A DNA stretch of 64,000 nucleotides from Octopus vulgaris (Eukaryota): NCBI GenBank assembly GCA_951406725.2, contig OX597826.1:23746001-23810000 (forward strand), written 5' to 3'. The notes under the pieces were generated by a model. It was not told the DNA's origin. It worked only from the letters and a program-made list of their open reading frames with translations, and made no database searches. Each line of letters begins with the position of its first letter. The first letter of the stretch is position 1. A program made the translations under genes and the position numbers. Positions 63,475 through 64,000 of the stretch are shown one piece after another.

Positions 63475-64000
63475 CTTTCTGAAGGATAGAAGTCAGGTGG
63501 TAGTAGCCAATGGGGCTACTTCCATTAACACGCAAATAGCGACCTGTGTTCCGCAGGGCACTGTTCTGGGACCACTACTGTTCATAATGGCCCTCTCAGA
63601 CATGCCCTCAGCCACGCAGAGAGCCACGATCACAAGTTATGCAAATGATACAAAAGTTTCACAGGCAATACAGAACCCTGAGGACACTAAACACCTGCAA
63701 TGTGAGCTGGACGAAATATACAAGTGGGCTGAAAAGAATAGCATGCAGTTCAATGCTGGAAAGTTTCAAGCTTTATACTATCAGCATGCAAAACTGAATG
63801 CAATACCCAATGAATACACTGGACCCGGAGGGATTGCAATCCCAGAGGCACAATCAGTGCGTGACCTGGGTATTCACATGAGTGATGACGCGACCTTTCA
63901 TGTACATGTTGCTAAACTGACAATGAAATGTAGACGGCTGGCTGGATGGATTCTTAGAACCTTTAGAACAAGAGAACAAGAAACCATGATGGTCCTCTGG
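63472..64000 (+). mobile_element. 5'-truncated relative of the 58-61 kb LINE (RT fragment), runs off the right edge
   Basis: [16 protein letters not shown]...[20 protein letters not shown]...SYANDTKV (YADD changed to YAND)...[16 protein letters not shown]. Confidence 0.9.

Overview
This is AT-rich, repeat-dense animal DNA. The SINE families and very long (TA)n tracts suggest a coleoid cephalopod such as Octopus (inference). No intact host protein-coding gene is supported; nearly all long ORFs are translated microsatellites. The window contains broken retroelements (three CR1/L2-like LINE pieces, Tx1/L1-like pieces at (TATC)n, R4/Dong-like endonuclease fragments), two Penelope-like elements (PLEs) with GIY-YIG domains and inverted pseudo-LTRs, many tRNA-type SINEs, TTAA-flanked MITEs, a probable non-autonomous Helitron and a 100-N gap. 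The main signal is a cluster of type I hammerhead ribozymes read directly from the sequence: eight intact-looking copies from four unrelated sequence families, plus degenerate or truncated ones, all in or next to (TA)n. Four sit in a non-coding ~491-bp tandem/inverted array (29636-31465) that resembles a retrozyme-type, potentially circRNA-producing element with a putative pseudoknot upstream of the ribozyme. Other notable points are a 3' tail shared by a LINE and the main SINE, Asn-rich PLE linkers, an isolated 80-nt hairpin and a candidate 24-nt microexon. SINE/MITE boundaries are approximate, and all structures were folded by eye.
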